From assembly GCA_964304625.1 (NCBI GenBank), contig OZ199839.1, positions 11,513,036-11,577,035 on the forward strand: DNA of 64,000 nt, in the 5' to 3' direction. Positions 12,551 to 27,259 of this stretch are shown here, piece by piece (positions within the stretch are counted from its first letter, which is position 1; the number at the start of each line of letters is the position of its first letter). The stretch is from Kudoa neothunni. Its lineage: Eukaryota; Animalia; Cnidaria. The position numbers and the translations under genes were made by a program. The notes beneath the pieces were generated by a model that made no database searches, had not been told where the DNA came from, and saw nothing but the letters and a program-made list of their open reading frames with translations.

Positions 12551-14040
12551 TTATGATTTTAATAGTGTAGAGTCGGTGTTAAATCAATTATTTTTTGGTT
12601 AAGAATAATGCCTGAACAGAATAATCACTTTGATGATATGTGCACTTTAATTGACGCTTGCTAATAAAGAATAAAAAAATACATTACTAATTTCTTTGAA
12701 TACAAAAATTTATTCTTTATATTTCAATATTCAGATTTATTTTGCAATATAAAATAGATGATAATTAGCATATTATATTAGTTATTCGAATAATAATAAT
12801 AATAATAATATTTCATGATCTATAATTTTATAAAATTCTATATTGATTTGATTTTAATGCTTTCATTTTTATGTGATAAAAATTCAATTATTTTGAATCT
12901 TAATATAAAGAAATATATAAAATTAGTTATTTTTAATAAAAAATTAAAATTTATTTCTGAGTGTAAAATTAATATTTTTACTACTTTTCGACAATAATTT
13001 GAATAGTATTAGAGAATTTAATCATTTTTAATCTATTTATTGCACACATGCGTGAACTATTTTTGTTCTCAATTTGTTATTATTTATGCATAATATATGA
13101 TATTATAATAATCTTAAAAAGAATTTATATCTTAGTCATTTTTGAAAATTTAATATTGTTTCTATCTGTCGCTACATATCAATTTCATAAACTACAAACG
13201 ATTCAATATGACAAATTTTTAATACCAACGATGATAAATTAGGCAACAGAAATATTGTATAGCCGTTTTACCCTGTGGAATCACTTTCCAAAGAGTTGAT
13301 ACACGATATTATCAAAGATGAACTCAAACTCAATTTTCCTGATAATATTATTACAAAAATGGAATCTAGAGTTTATTTTTCACGGTTATATCTAAAATAG
13401 TAAACCTAGGTATACAAAAATTATCTCTACAAAATAAAGTCAAATTTTAAAAATCCTTTATTCTGTTATGCTCATTATATCATAAATCAAGAATAAATTT
13501 TTAATATGAAATCAAGTCCCAGATATTATTTCATTCTACAATTCTACAAGGGAGAGTAGAGAGAGTTTCTCAAATTTTTATTATTCGATAAATCGAATCA
13601 AAAGTCGTTCTGCGGTTATATCCTCCGCTGTGGTAGTTACAATGTTGATAAACAAACACACGTATTATACATTATAATAACAGATAAGCCAACCCGAAAA
13701 AAAGATTTATTGAAATTGTTCGTTATGCTATTTACGGAAGAGTAAAACAAATGAAAATGTAAAATATAATTCTTATTTATTTTATGAAGATTTCACAAAA
13801 ACAATAAATATAAATTTGATTTACAAATCTAACCTTATTTTAAAAAAATATCACCTTTATTTTCGTTAAAATGATAGAAAAACGAGGAAGGTGTGCCATA
13901 ACAATTTAAATTCAGTCTGAATGGAACTTTTCAGTATTATAAGCAATAATTGTTTTAAAAAAAATATATTTTTAATATCACATTACTTTTTAAAAAATTT
14001 GACCGCTTTCGAGTAAAATTTCTTGTGTGCGCATCTAAAG

Positions 14041-15161
14041 CAGAGTTCCCAACCGCGCCCGATTTAGAACAAATCAACGCAAAATCAAAATTTGCCCTTT
14101 TTTACTCTTTTTCTTCTAAGGTAAGAATTTATTGCAAATTCACAGAAAATAGAAATTAATGGCTGTTGATTTTATTACGAGAAATCTTCAAGTAGACAAT
14201 TTTTTGATTGGAATAATGTTTTATTTCAAACTTAAAATGTCCGAAACTGAGCTTCACCAAAGGCAAGTTACAATTATACATTTTAATAATTCTTCAAAAG
14301 CTCACATAATGCGAAAATTGAGACCAAAAATTTATGAAAATTAACACATTTTAACATATTATGTTCCAGTTGAGACCGATACATAGGATAATGTTTCATC
14401 ATTATTAGCGATAAGACAATTTTATTATAACTATGAGCCATTTTGGAATAATCACGAAGGGTTTTATGTGTTGGAATTTTGAATGCTTGAATTTAAAAAA
14501 AAGACTGATATTGGTGATATCCAATGCTAAGTTATCATTACAAATGTTTGTTATCAATTTTCAAAAAATTCTAATTTTAGTTAATACATGAATAAATTAA
14601 ACTTTAACTAAATATCATCTACTGGACTAACGTCTCTTAATATTAATGACTGAATATTCCTACATAAAATAAAACTTCATCTAGATATATTTATTATTTT
14701 TTATTCAAAAATCGAACCAAAGACCGTAATACAATTGTTTGAAGTAAGTTAAAGGAATTAAACAGGTTCAAAGACCAAGTCTGATTAATTAAATAATCAT
14801 TAATCGCATTTTTGAGCATTGCTTATCGGCAAAATATTTTTGATTCCAACGGAAAATATGGCACATCTTTACTTTTAGCGACTCTGATTAACGCTTTATG
14901 TAGTAGATTTTTATTTTCTAGAAACATCGAAATAATCAGAAGAAATAGAATGGTGTGCTCTACATTAGATGATCTTGTTTCGAATAAGGAAATTTTTCAA
15001 CACATCGACCAAATGATGCCATAACTTTGAAGTTTCTGATTTAGTTATAAATTAACGTAGTATTTATGCGTATAATTAAATATTAATTCTATTTTTACAA
15101 ACAATTCTGATTTTTTCCGATAAAAATTTTGCCTAATGTCCGATATGGGTTGGTAACACTG
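14041..15161. mobile_element. Non-autonomous hAT element (CAGTGTT-type TIR)
   Basis: TIRs are CAGAGTTCCCAACC ... GGTTGGTAACACTG, with an 8-bp TSD ATCTAAAG/ATTTAAAG. Confidence 0.82.
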
Positions 15162-16169
15162 ATTTAAAGGTATATAATACTCGAATTATTTATGACACGG
15201 TTTCCCTCACCCCTAGGGTTGCGAGAGTCATTCTAGAATAAATTAAAAAATTGATCGTAATTTATTCATTTCTTAATTTTTTTAGTCCTTGTTTAAATCA
15301 TGTATTGACATAATGAGTGTAATAATATTTTTAAGTGTGTTTATCGATTGGTTTCTATTAAAAACTGGGATATAAAAATTAATTTAATTTAACTGATTCT
15401 ATGAAATGCCGCGATAAGTCAATAGTTTATATTAAATCTATTCGGCGCACAAAATCTAGAACTCGTTATTTTCATGTAAAATCGTAACTTTATAAACTTT
15501 AAAAGAAAACCACTAAATGAATTTAACTTTATCATCTCTCCACATTTGAGATCCATCATTTAATTTTATGTTCTTTATTATGTAACATTTTAAATTTAAA
15601 GTTATAGTTTGTACTTGGTCTTTGATATGAATTCTAACAGTGTGTATTAGTTAGTTTTATTGGGGTACATTTAGTAGGCATCAGTTTTGAATTTTCTGAA
15701 TTTCTCCAAACACATTGTCTCAATGTTTAAATTAAAATCTGAGTCAATATAGAATAAGGAGTTCGCTAGGATTATCCAGCATATATTGGCATATGAAGCG
15801 GGTCTCTCGAATTTATCGTATACAGATTAAATGTATCTGAATTCCCTGAATACCCAACACAATTTGCATCTATTATTGATAATCAAAGTGTCATACTTTG
15901 AATTTCTTACCAAACCTCGGCGAGAGCGAAAGCGAGAAAGCCGTCAGATCAATTAAATAAAAAATAACATTTTTTTGTTGTTAACTATATGATGGGTTAT
16001 ATTTATTTGGCTTATTTAAATTTCTCATTTAAGCACAGAACTTAATCAATCCGGTATAACTTTTATATTTATATTTTAATTTTACTTTAATATAAATTTT
16101 GTATGTCTAATATTTTGAGATAATTATACTAAAATTTTTTAATTAGAATTATTTATTATTCTACTTCAA

Positions 16170-17409
16170 AATGTCATGCTCAAACAGGAATAAATAATAG
16201 CTTCAATCATTGAGCAAATGATTCCCTTCAAAGGAAAGTACAAACCCAAACAATACCTTCCTATTAAACCAAACAAATGGTGTTTTAAAATGTTTTCTCG
16301 GTGTGGCATTAATGGCTTAGTCTACGACTTTGCTTTGTATGAGGAAAAACCACTAGCAGTTTCACAAACTTGTGGTTAAACTTCAGGTGGTTTTGTAGTA
16401 AAATTGTGCGACACTACCAACTTCAAGAATCTTCTTTTTGAAGTTTGATAATTATTTCACATCTATTCAACTGCAGCAGCTGTTAAAGAATCGAAACACC
16501 TATTTTATTGGACCCATAAGAAGGAACAGAGTTAAAGATTGTTCATTAACCCCAGTAAAACAATTCAGCAAGAAAGGTCGCGGTTCTTACGAAAGCATTC
16601 AGCATACCAAAAATTGAATAATATTAACTCAATGGTGTGACGGTTCTGTTGTTACACTTTCTTCATCCCAACCCCTTGGTGTAGTTAAAAGATTCGATCG
16701 AAGATTTAAAAAGACTGCAAATAATGACTACCCCCAATGTAGTTTCAGAATATAACAAAAACATGGGTGGAGTTGACTTGTCAGAGATGTTGATGGCATT
16801 GTGCAAGTTGAACCACAAATGCCGAAAGTTTTATATGCGAATATTATTTTGGTGGCTCAATACCAACATAACCTATGCTTGGTTATTATATAAACGAAAT
16901 ACAAAGGTCAATGGTGACAACTACAAAGTAATGGACCTTTTGTCATTTACTCGGTCTATAAATGAGAGTTTGATTCACTTCAAAAATCCAATATGATAAA
17001 AAAGCGTGGGCGTCCTTCATTGGATGATTCTAAAGTTGTAGCTGTTAATCATTCGCATGAAAACAATCGAATCCCCTGTCAGAGTCAATAAGATTTGATA
17101 ATGTGTGCCACTATCCCGAAATAGTGGATACAAAAGAAAGGTGCAGATTGTGTAAAAAATAACGCAATTCAGCTGCATTAAATGTGGAATTCTGTGTTGT
17201 ATTTTTAAAACTCGAATCGGATTCGATGGAAATTTTTTTTCGCCTAATGCCCAATGCCCAATGGGCATTCTGGTGACCACGACGAAAAATGTTAAAAAAT
17301 AATATTCAAACATTTAATGTGAATTCAATCTTTTTTGATGTGAAATAAAAAAGAAATCTTCATTAATACAATTTTTATAGCTCTAATTAAAAATTTTGGC
17401 ACGAAAGGG
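16170..17409 (+). mobile_element. 5'-truncated piggyBac transposase pseudogene (PGBD2/3-like) with its right terminus
   Basis: Motifs seen: EQMIPFKGK, KQYLPIKPNKW.FKMF, DNYFTS, GPIRRNR, YNKNMGGVD and a Cys-rich C-terminus, with many stops. It ends ...GCACGAAAGGG|TTGA. Confidence 0.9.
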
Positions 17410-20400
17410 TTGAATATTAATGGTTACTGTGTGAACACAAAAAATAGCGTAAAATAAATACAAATTATTTACTCTTGTAATTAACGAAATGACGATATAT
17501 TTTTGATAAATGTAAGAAAATGATAATATATTAAATTATTAGTAATAGATTAATTATTTCATATAAAAATTTATAAGATTTTTTAATCGGTATATATATA
17601 TATCGCAATATAATAATGATAATAATATCCCTTAAGAATTTAATAATTAGAGTGATACAATATTTATCAGTAATTATTACATAAAAAACTCTCCACACAA
17701 ATTTTTGTATTTATTCATAAATTTTATGCTCAACAAGGCTGTTTATAGTAAAACTACAACATGTTAAATAACTATAAATATCAAATAAATATCAAATAAA
17801 TAAATTAATTAAAATAAATTAAATAAATAAATAATTTGACCTTCAAATGTAGATAATGTAGATGCGCGAAAACAAATATAAACCGTGCGCGGTTATTAGA
17901 AAATGGACGGTTCATATGTGGCCGCGGTCCCAAAAAGGAAATTACTAGCTATTAAACGTATTTTGTGTGATTTTGATGATGAAGGTTCACCTGAACTGCT
18001 TAATATTATTCTAATTGGTTTTCTCTTCTATTAGTATCAATGTTTAAACAACAACGAAAAATTAACCACGAAGAGGCTCAAGTGGAGTTGGAATCGATTT
18101 ATAAAAGTTTATTAGCTAAATTTTCCAAGGTGATACTACAACACATAAACTCTATGGTGAAATAACTTATATAATTAAAAGGTAGCACTGTCATCTAAGT
18201 TTATCGAAACACAAACGATCACCTATAAGAATAGCCCACTGCAGAGAATGACAAAGAAAATAACCAAAAAGTTCTCATCTATATCACAATCGAAATTAAT
18301 CCACCTCTTAGATTGGAATATCACCCCATTACTCCAGGTATAGCGGTGTATTTTTGTAGATTCATATTTGCTATCATCAATATTAGATGTTAAAAATTCC
18401 AGATACAATCTCAGGAATAAAGTAAACAATTGGTTGTTGGATTCCATTGTATTTTTCCGTTCATTAGTTCAGACACGAAATTAATCCGGTTGAAAATACC
18501 GCTAAAACTAATCCCGTATCAAAGTAATATAGATTTTAGAATGAAGCAATATATTGTGTGTATTTAGAAAAAAAATTAAAAAAAGTGAATGGAAAAAAGT
18601 CATATTAATTTTTATTCTCAAATTAAATATTATTTTTAAGGCCTACGATTTCATCAACAAATGTGACGCTGGTGATATTGTTATCCAGGAGAAAAATCAG
18701 ATTCTCGATATTCTTAAACACATACTTGATTATAATATTTAACTTTATCACCATTATTTTGGTGTATTTGTTTTATGTGATACGGATGTTCATATTCATA
18801 CTGTAATGGGGGGATAATATTTTTTTTTTGCAATTCTTCAGAGATAACTTGGTTAACTTTGTTAATTTTTAATGTTAAATAAAATCTACTACATATAAAG
18901 TAGTAGTGTGTGTACGCATTTTTCGTGCTTTATAGAGAGACATATCGCTCCATTTGAGCACACATATGGAAAGATACAATTTTATTTTAACACAGAAAAA
19001 TACGTAAAAAATTATAAAGGTTTGCATCCTATAAAATGACTAAAAACATTTTCACGTGATATAATTTGAAGATTTATGCAAACATACAGATCATTTCACT
19101 AAAATTATAAAAAGTTAATTTTAAATGTATTATAAGGTTTTTTTACTTTAAAATTATTGAAAAGTAATTTAGTAATTGAATTAGTTCAAATAATATAAAA
19201 TAGATAAATAAATTGAGGAAGGTAATATTAGGTTATGTAGCCAAACATTAATATCAAATTTATTTGTTGATGTTTAACAACATTAGTCATATTCCTATGG
19301 TATGGTATGATATGTTTTAGAGATTACTGTGAACAGCAAGGAGAAAATCGATATTTTAGGAGCTCTAAAGAGGAAATTTTAAACGCTCAGTAGTGTTTAT
19401 TCATTTTTAAAAATATTGAATAAGGTTCATACGTCTAATTATTTAAGGTAAGTTAATTAAAATACAATTTAGCGCTAACTACAGTAACTGTATACCAACT
19501 TAGTCTTTTACCGACATACTATCGGAACCAAGCCGTTTCCTACAATTTGTCCCACTAATTGATTTCTCTTACAGAAATTTTTCATTTTTCTTTATTTCAT
19601 AAAAAATTTTAAATTATAGAAAAATGAGAATTTTTTTGAAGTATTTATCAACACTATATTGATTTTATTTATTGATTATATTGATTTCACGTGAATCCCA
19701 ATATACTCAACGTAAGATTTATTCCCATTTTACGAGATAATTCTTGTTGGTCTAAAATTTATTAAGTTACTCTTTTTTATGATAAAAAGTGAAAATTTTT
19801 CAAAAACCAAATGAATTAACAGGACGAATTGTAGGAATCAACATTTCTGGTGGTTTATGTGATACCGCCCGAATTTGGCACACATATTGTAGCTTAGTCC
19901 AATTTTGTGTAAAACCTTAATAGAGACTTTATCGATTGATATTCGCAATATTAATCTTGATTAGACATTTAATAGACCACATGTCGATATTTTCCTAAAT
20001 TCAAGCTGAAATGATCTAAATCTTTAAGCTTTTTATATTTTAGCAAAAATTAAATTTTTATCATAAAAATGTATTTGGCTATTTGAATGACATTTAAAAT
20101 GAAAACGATTGATATCTACTTATCGCATTTTTCCTTTTTTATCCAATATTTATTAGTTTTTACTTTTCCGCATAATATCAGGGTCATATTCAAAATATGC
20201 CATAACAAAGTGCATGAGATTACATGATGTTATATTTAGATGATTATTATTATTATTATTGTTATTATTCTTTTGTCGGAAAGGTGATTATATATTTTTT
20301 TTCACTAACCCATTCTTTTTTTAGGAAAAATAACGTGATCAAATTTAACGAGCGCATGTGGTGATTAATTAGATTATACAATCTGATTATTCGATTTAGA

Positions 20401-22269
20401 TATTCCGATTAATCATTGAAATAATAAAAATACTCCGCATAATATACACCAATGTATTAACATCATAAAACAACACTTAATTTAAATTAAATTAAATTGT
20501 TGGAAAGAATTTGACGGAGACATCAGCTTCAGAATTAATAGTTGAACAAAATATTATGTATTTACACGCGGATAATCTAATTTTTTATTAATCTGATTTG
20601 TACGCTACCAAAATGACTTTACTAAATTAGATTCGTATTCAAGTTGTGATATTTTATTGAATAATAGTAACCTTTCCCCTCTATATTTTATTCATTTTAT
20701 ATTTTAGTAAAATGTTACAAATTACAAATAAAATTGAGGTAATGGTGTAGCTCCACAAATAAAGCCTGTTGTGCATGTTTAATCTTCCCGATTTTATTAA
20801 AAATTGAATTTTCGCGATTTTAAAATGCGGATCAACCACAAATTAGTTTCAAGGTATAATTATAAAATTTTAGCATTAATCTTCATTCGGCTCATATCGA
20901 GATACGCGCATTAGAATGCTCATGCAACATTGATGTAGTTTTTTTACTTAATTATGACTTATAAACTTATATATCATTAAATTATTATTATTTTTTAAAG
21001 ATACTTTCACCTCGCGATAATATTAAACGAGTGATTTATTATCAAACGTCTCTTTCGATATAAATAAGACGATAGATGTAAATTTTGTTGCACTTACCTA
21101 TACATAACATTCACTTAAAAATTGTCTAGCTTATATATTTTTTAATTACTTATATAATGCGTCTACAGTAAGTTAAGCGTCAAATACGTGAATCACATAT
21201 AATTTTTTACGTCATTGACGCAATTTAATGAGGTAATAATAAAAAAAAGGTTTTTGCAATAAATGTAATTATTATAATTTATAACTGAATGATTTTATCG
21301 AATATATAAAGGTTCCATTTGTGTCGTGGTATTATTATCATGATAAACTGCTAAAAGTTTTGTTTGTTTTTATGTAAGCTTTCAACATTTTGTTATTTAT
21401 ATTTGTAAAGTATTGATAAATTTTTTAGGAATATCCTATATAATATTTTAAATACATAAGAAAACGATCAAGAATTAATTTACTTTTAAAACAGGTTTCT
21501 CTATATGCGAAATATGGTTTAGTTTCTAATTATAGACAACCGCTTAACTACTAATTATCAAACCATATGAATTGAACGTTATACTTAATTATGTTTGGTC
21601 CTATATTTCTCACTAACTTAAAAATATCAAATAAATAATTAAATCAAAACAGATGCATAAATTAATATTAAATTTTAGAATAGCCGTCTACTCCATGCAA
21701 ATAAACAAGATATTGAAAGTAAACAAAATCTCATTTTAATTCATGGTTTAATATTAGTATGTCATGTATAGGGTAGGTTACTAGTTAAGAATTGTAAGGA
21801 TTAACAAATAAGTATGTTTACAATAATCGTATTAAATATTTGTTAAACTTGTTGTCTTACAAAAAATTAGAAATACTCCCATTAATCTTTTTATATTGAT
21901 CGTAATCATTCTTCATCGAGATACATATCCAATAGGATTTTTACGTACACTTTGAGCACATATATGAATTTTTTCGGCAATTTTGTTGCTATCTTCAGAT
22001 TATGTATTATTATTTATTATACAATTGATAATTTTTACTTTTAACGAATTACGCCTACGACAAGTTTTTCATCTGTCAGAGCTTCAGAGTAATTTTTTTC
22101 GATTAAAAATGTCATTAGTTTTTCACTATCAAACAGTAAACTGTAAAATTGACGCTGACCCTTGGTTAACACCATGATGTGGAGTGAGTTTAACAACGCG
22201 CTAACAAGGAATCACTGCATTTTCCGAATTTCTATTATTATCAATTGAAATTTAATAATGTGGACATGA

Positions 22270-22355
22270 GTTGAACATGGTATCGGAATGAGTATCGGCG
22301 AGTACTGAAATTTGGAGTACTCGTTTTAAAAAATGTGGTATCGGTGCAACCCCTA
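22270..22355. mobile_element. Solo hAT-like terminus (...GGTATCGGTGCAACCCCTA)
   Basis: Subterminal GTATCGG repeats and a terminus complementary to TAGGG..TGCACCGATACC. I could not find the partner end. Confidence 0.5.
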
Positions 22356-24393
22356 CTTATTATAATGGATGAAAATCGTCTTTTATAGTTCGCATGGTAT
22401 AAAATAATTTAAACCGAGAATTATTGCAAAAGTTATTTTGAAACTTTCAATCTATCAAGGAAAAATCATTTAGTCATATGTATTAGCGGGGAAAAGTATT
22501 ATACAAATACCGAGATGACCAGGGGGAGCTGCAGTTCCACAATTCCATACACGTGCTGCCACTGGTAGATTCTAAAACGATGTATAACTTGAGATATTTC
22601 TTTACGGTTCTTACAACATATTGAGTTATTTTTAGATCATAAAAATTCTATTCATTTTTATCTAGTTACAGAAATTTTTTCGCTGTGGTGAGTTAACGAT
22701 AAAAATTCCGACGATAAGAACAAAAGAACTTTTTTCATGACTTACATCATCGGAAAAATATCGAAAGATCTTTAATTTTTTTATTTGTAAAAACACTTGA
22801 AATAGAAATTAAAAGTCATTTCTAATTGATAATTTTGTGATTGCTGGTGATCCCATCAATAAAGCACCGATATGGATCTTTAGTCTCCTTCAAGAAAACA
22901 GAAAGATTTTAATTGTTCGATTTAAAACGTTTCTAAGAAAATAAAAAGCGTTTATGATTTTAGATCTATTATCTTATGGAATATTAGCGTTCGACTTTTC
23001 CAATTATCTTTACACAGTGACTGAACTTGCCATTGTATTTCTATCCACGGTGTCAGCGTCTTGCATATCTTATTTTAACATTTAATTATTTCTTTCATTT
23101 TAAATTATATTATCGTTTATCTTTGTATTTTTGGTATTAACCGAAAAGCGAACAACGAGTTTGGTTTCTTTGTTACATAAGGCACGACCAAATTTGTTTA
23201 TTAAAAAAAGTCTAGGTCTACTAGGATCTTTATTTTGAGATTAAGACACAAAAAGGCACTTTCGTTTTGGTATGACTTACCGTTCCTAAATATTCCAAAT
23301 AATTTTCAAATGGATTGCTAACAAGTTGAGATGACGAAAAATAATTACATGGCTCAATATCTCTTATAGACTTGAAAAGTATTTTCGAAGATGACCCCAC
23401 AATAATCTCTTCTACGTTTGATATTCAAAGGTCATCATTCCTCTCTTTAAAAATGGTAATTGTCGATATTTATAATAGCCAATATATCAACTTTATTAAC
23501 CGACCAAAAGGCTTTTAATCCATATATGGAAGTATGGTGGAGGTGAACTGTCTAAACTGACATCTGACCAAAATAGCGATTAACCATTTACTGATCATTA
23601 GATTTTCATTTTGGAGAGAGAATTTGCAAGGCGTTCAGGCAACGTTAGCCATAACACTCGGATTAGAGGTAACTTACCATATTTTGTGTTAGGTGCAATT
23701 TTTACGCTATCGAAATAAGATTATATTGAAATCTCTTTTGTAGGACCATCTATCTAGGAATCGCTTAAATTATGAGGATTCGTATGAAAGAGGTCATCTT
23801 TTAAAATCAGAATTCGGAAAATATTAATAGATTTCTATTTATTAAGTTAATTAATTAGATAAAATGAATAAATTTTCCTAAAAGCCAAAAATCATTTTCT
23901 GGGTTGTATTTTTTGTTTATTTTCGAAAGTTAATAGTACAAAATTGAGTTCGATTGATTTGAATAAAATAATCTATTGAAAGATTTAAATTAATAATATG
24001 ATGTTTAGATGTACTAAATGAATTTTAATGTGTAAACAATGGATATGCTAAAATCCAACTCAACTCCAAGGTGTAAATTAGTTACTAATCGTTGTTATGT
24101 TTTGTTCAAAAATAACTCGAAGAGATTTGGAAAATTCAATATATACTTGTGACACTTTCTTTTTAATTCATTTTTACAATAAGAATATTATCTAAAATTC
24201 AGTTTATTATAAATATTTTTTTCAATATATAATATAAACTTTATAAAATTAATAATAAACGATTTTTTTATGAAAACACAATTATCATATTTCCATAGAT
24301 ACAAGCAGTCGTATGGTATAATGATTTTCATACATAACATTTTTAAAACAAGGATTAATGCTTATCTATGATTAGCCGTTCCTTTTTAACCAC

Positions 24394-26747
24394 ATGGGAG
24401 GTGGAATTAAATATTCAAAACAAGTAGCAATATTCCATCCCTATTGGTGTCTAATATTTTGTTTTCTTAAAGTAAGAGGAATTTTATTTAGCAATAACCA
24501 CAAAAATGTTACATAATAGTTTTTTCAGTCTAGCCTATTTCTCTTTCTAGAATTGTTTATAAAAAACAAATTGTAAGGCAGTGATTCTGGTCACGTATTT
24601 AGAATTCAAATTCAAAATCTTTAATCTATTTTGAAGCGTTATGAAACATCTTACCCAAATAATTATTTACAATGTATTATTGTTATCACCATTTTCGGCG
24701 GAAGGAAACAAAAATATAGAGGTAATTGTTAAAGTATTATTATTCTTCGAACTGTATAAATAATAATTACAGCATGGAATTAACGTATTCCAATCTCCAT
24801 CGATCAATTGGATAAAATGTATGAGAGACATGAAATTCCTCATCATGACAAAAAATGGTTCACCAAATTGAATATGCGTATTGACTCCCAGTTAAGTATT
24901 TAATTTCGAATATAAACACTAAAGTTTTATCTTTAAAAATAATTTAGTTCTCTTATACACACATAATAATTTATTTAATAATATTAGATGAAAAACGAGG
25001 TAAATATATGCATAATTATTTTATACGAAAATAATTATAAATAACTTTTTTTAAATATAAAAAAATAAAATAAATTTACTTTATATCAAATTTTATCAAA
25101 AAATATTATTTTTGATTACATTTCTCTAATAGAGCGTTCGTATGGCGATAAGACAGAAGAGATACTTTTCCGTTTGTGTAGCTGGGAAACTAATAATGAC
25201 CCCCTAAAATTTCATTTGTTCTATATCTATTCGCTGGATTTCAAATATAAGTAAAACTCATTATATTTAATATAAAAAAATCTAGATCGCTTAATTAAGG
25301 TACAATGACGATCAATTCAATGAGATTATTGAAAAAGATAAGGACAAAATTTATCAGCTTGAGCATTTGACAGTGCTCACGTTTAACCAACTGAAATTAA
25401 ATGAAACTTCGAGTGGACTATTAGAGTTGCTGCACCAAAAATTACAATTTTGAAGAATCAGTGACAATTTTATTTTAACAATTATGATACAATATTATTA
25501 ATAGAAGATGGTAAAAAATCATTTATTTATTTGACATACTCTGAATTTTCCATCGGAATATTTACCAATAATCTCGACCAATACGACAATTGGATGATGA
25601 GAGAATTTTCGGTTAGGAATCAAAAGTTCACCGCGATTGGAAACAACTTTTATTGTATGGGTGGATTCACAATCTTATTTGCAACACATCACAAGTTGTA
25701 TAATGTATAGGTTTTATTGATTAATCGATAATCACATTATTCTTTGAATCTAGGAAGCAAACCAATCTCAAACGAGTGACCAAAAAATCATTCATCCCTG
25801 TTACGTTAATGGTATACAAGAAATTTTTGACCCTAATAGGAGTGGAGAAAACTGCAGACAACGATTAATATCAGAATATAGAAAAACATACATTGGGAAA
25901 TATGACCTGAACGCCTGCATTAACTTAATTTCTTCAGTTATTCACGATTCAGATTTTAAGACTTGTGGTACTGAAAAACGCTGTAACTTTTCAAGTCTAA
26001 AGAAGGGAATCTTTCCTAGTGATGTCAACGAAGTCATGGTATAAGTAAAATAAATATATGAGTCACAAGAAATGTAGATATACAATGATCATTTCAGTTT
26101 TGATGGTCAGTCGCTTGATTCACTTAAAAAGGAATTGATTCATCATTGGGATCGAAATTGTGTGCTTACTTCGAATGAGGCATACCAAATTTTAAATAAG
26201 ATATGATAAATATTAAATTTTAATGTGGTTGCTTCCATTTGAATGTCATTTTCACGTTATTAAGCGATCCCTTATTAAAGAATAATGAATTAGTCATATC
26301 CTTGACAAAAATGTACATTATTAAATTTAATTTCCATTCATAAAAGGTCGATTGATTACCCCATATCACATTTTCACCATATATTTTTCGATCCATTATA
26401 TGCTTCTATAGTTGTAGATGATGAGAAAATATCAATGTGAATTGTAAATGTGTTTGTGGCCAATTTTGTTTAGAATTGATTTTCAAACTAAAGCTCATTC
26501 TTCATTATATATCAGTTTGGAGTATACGACAGAAACCTGGATAGAACATGAATCTAGCGTTTCAACATTATCATTCAGAGAAGATGGAACCCAACAAAAA
26601 TTCGTTCTATTTTCAATCCGAGTTAAATCGTTTAAAATTCTAACTACGGAATTAACAATTTTTATTCTAGTCTCACAATTTGCGTTGGTTTATGTGGTAT
26701 GCAAAATTCGGCGATTAAACTCAAAAAGTTTGGGCAAAAATTATTAA
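24394..26747 (+). pseudogene. GDA1/CD39 (E-NTPDase)-like gene, paralog A; apyrase conserved regions (ACRs) degenerate, with stops and frameshifts
   Basis: Ordered CD39 landmarks: hydrophobic N-terminus; ACR1-position CKAVILVTYLEFKFKIF; HGINVF; ACR3-position FDSAHV*PTEIK*NFEW; ACR4-position FIYLTYSEFSIGIF; FSVRNQKFTAIGNNFYCMG; IHPCYVNG..C..YIGKYDLNACINLI..C....RCNF; YQCEL*MCLW; TWIE; C-terminal TM (ORF 26448). Confidence 0.75.
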
Positions 26748-27227
26748 TAATTAATATCATATGTATTTCTCGTTAAAGTAGATTATTTAACCAAAAAGTG
26801 TATGACTGTATATTTTTTTGTTTGCACGTTCGAAATACATTATTGAATTGTTGTTGCCCAATTTTAGTATATTTTAAAGGAAGCTGTTCTAAATTTTTTA
26901 TATAGAGAATAATATTTTATTCGAATAAACTATTTTTTAGCAAAAATTTGGTATCAATTATGAAAATATATATTATAAAATCTTTCAACACTTATTTTAA
27001 AGTTTACGTTTTGAAATAATGTTAGAATCGAATTATTCCTCCAAATTCTGTACAATTGTTATATACCGTTTCAATTTAAATAAGGTTTATTTTTAGCACC
27101 GTTCAGTTAACTTTACTAATACTAATACATTCCAAATATATTTTTAATTCTTCGTATATAGATTATTAAAAAAATAAATGTAATATATTTATTCGGAAAA
27201 TGTTATATGGTTTGACAGATTACATAC

Positions 27228-27259
27228 TAGTAATGTGAGTGGTTACACTCACATTACTA
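27228..27259. repeat. Perfect 14-bp hairpin
   Basis: TAGTAATGTGAGTG-GTTA-CACTCACATTACTA. Confidence 0.9.

Noticed and set aside
12815-13242. Short Ile/Phe/Lys/Asn-rich ORFs (also 11319, 42469, 44112, 46662, 54443)
   Set aside because: These are expected by chance in very AT-rich DNA and show no motifs.
24394-26747. In-frame TAA/TGA codons as evidence of stop-codon reassignment
   Set aside because: Frameshifts co-occur. Intact genes terminate normally with TAG (TAF11, Kunitz), TGA (GCC2) and TAA (mago) and have no internal stops in the exons I reconstructed.
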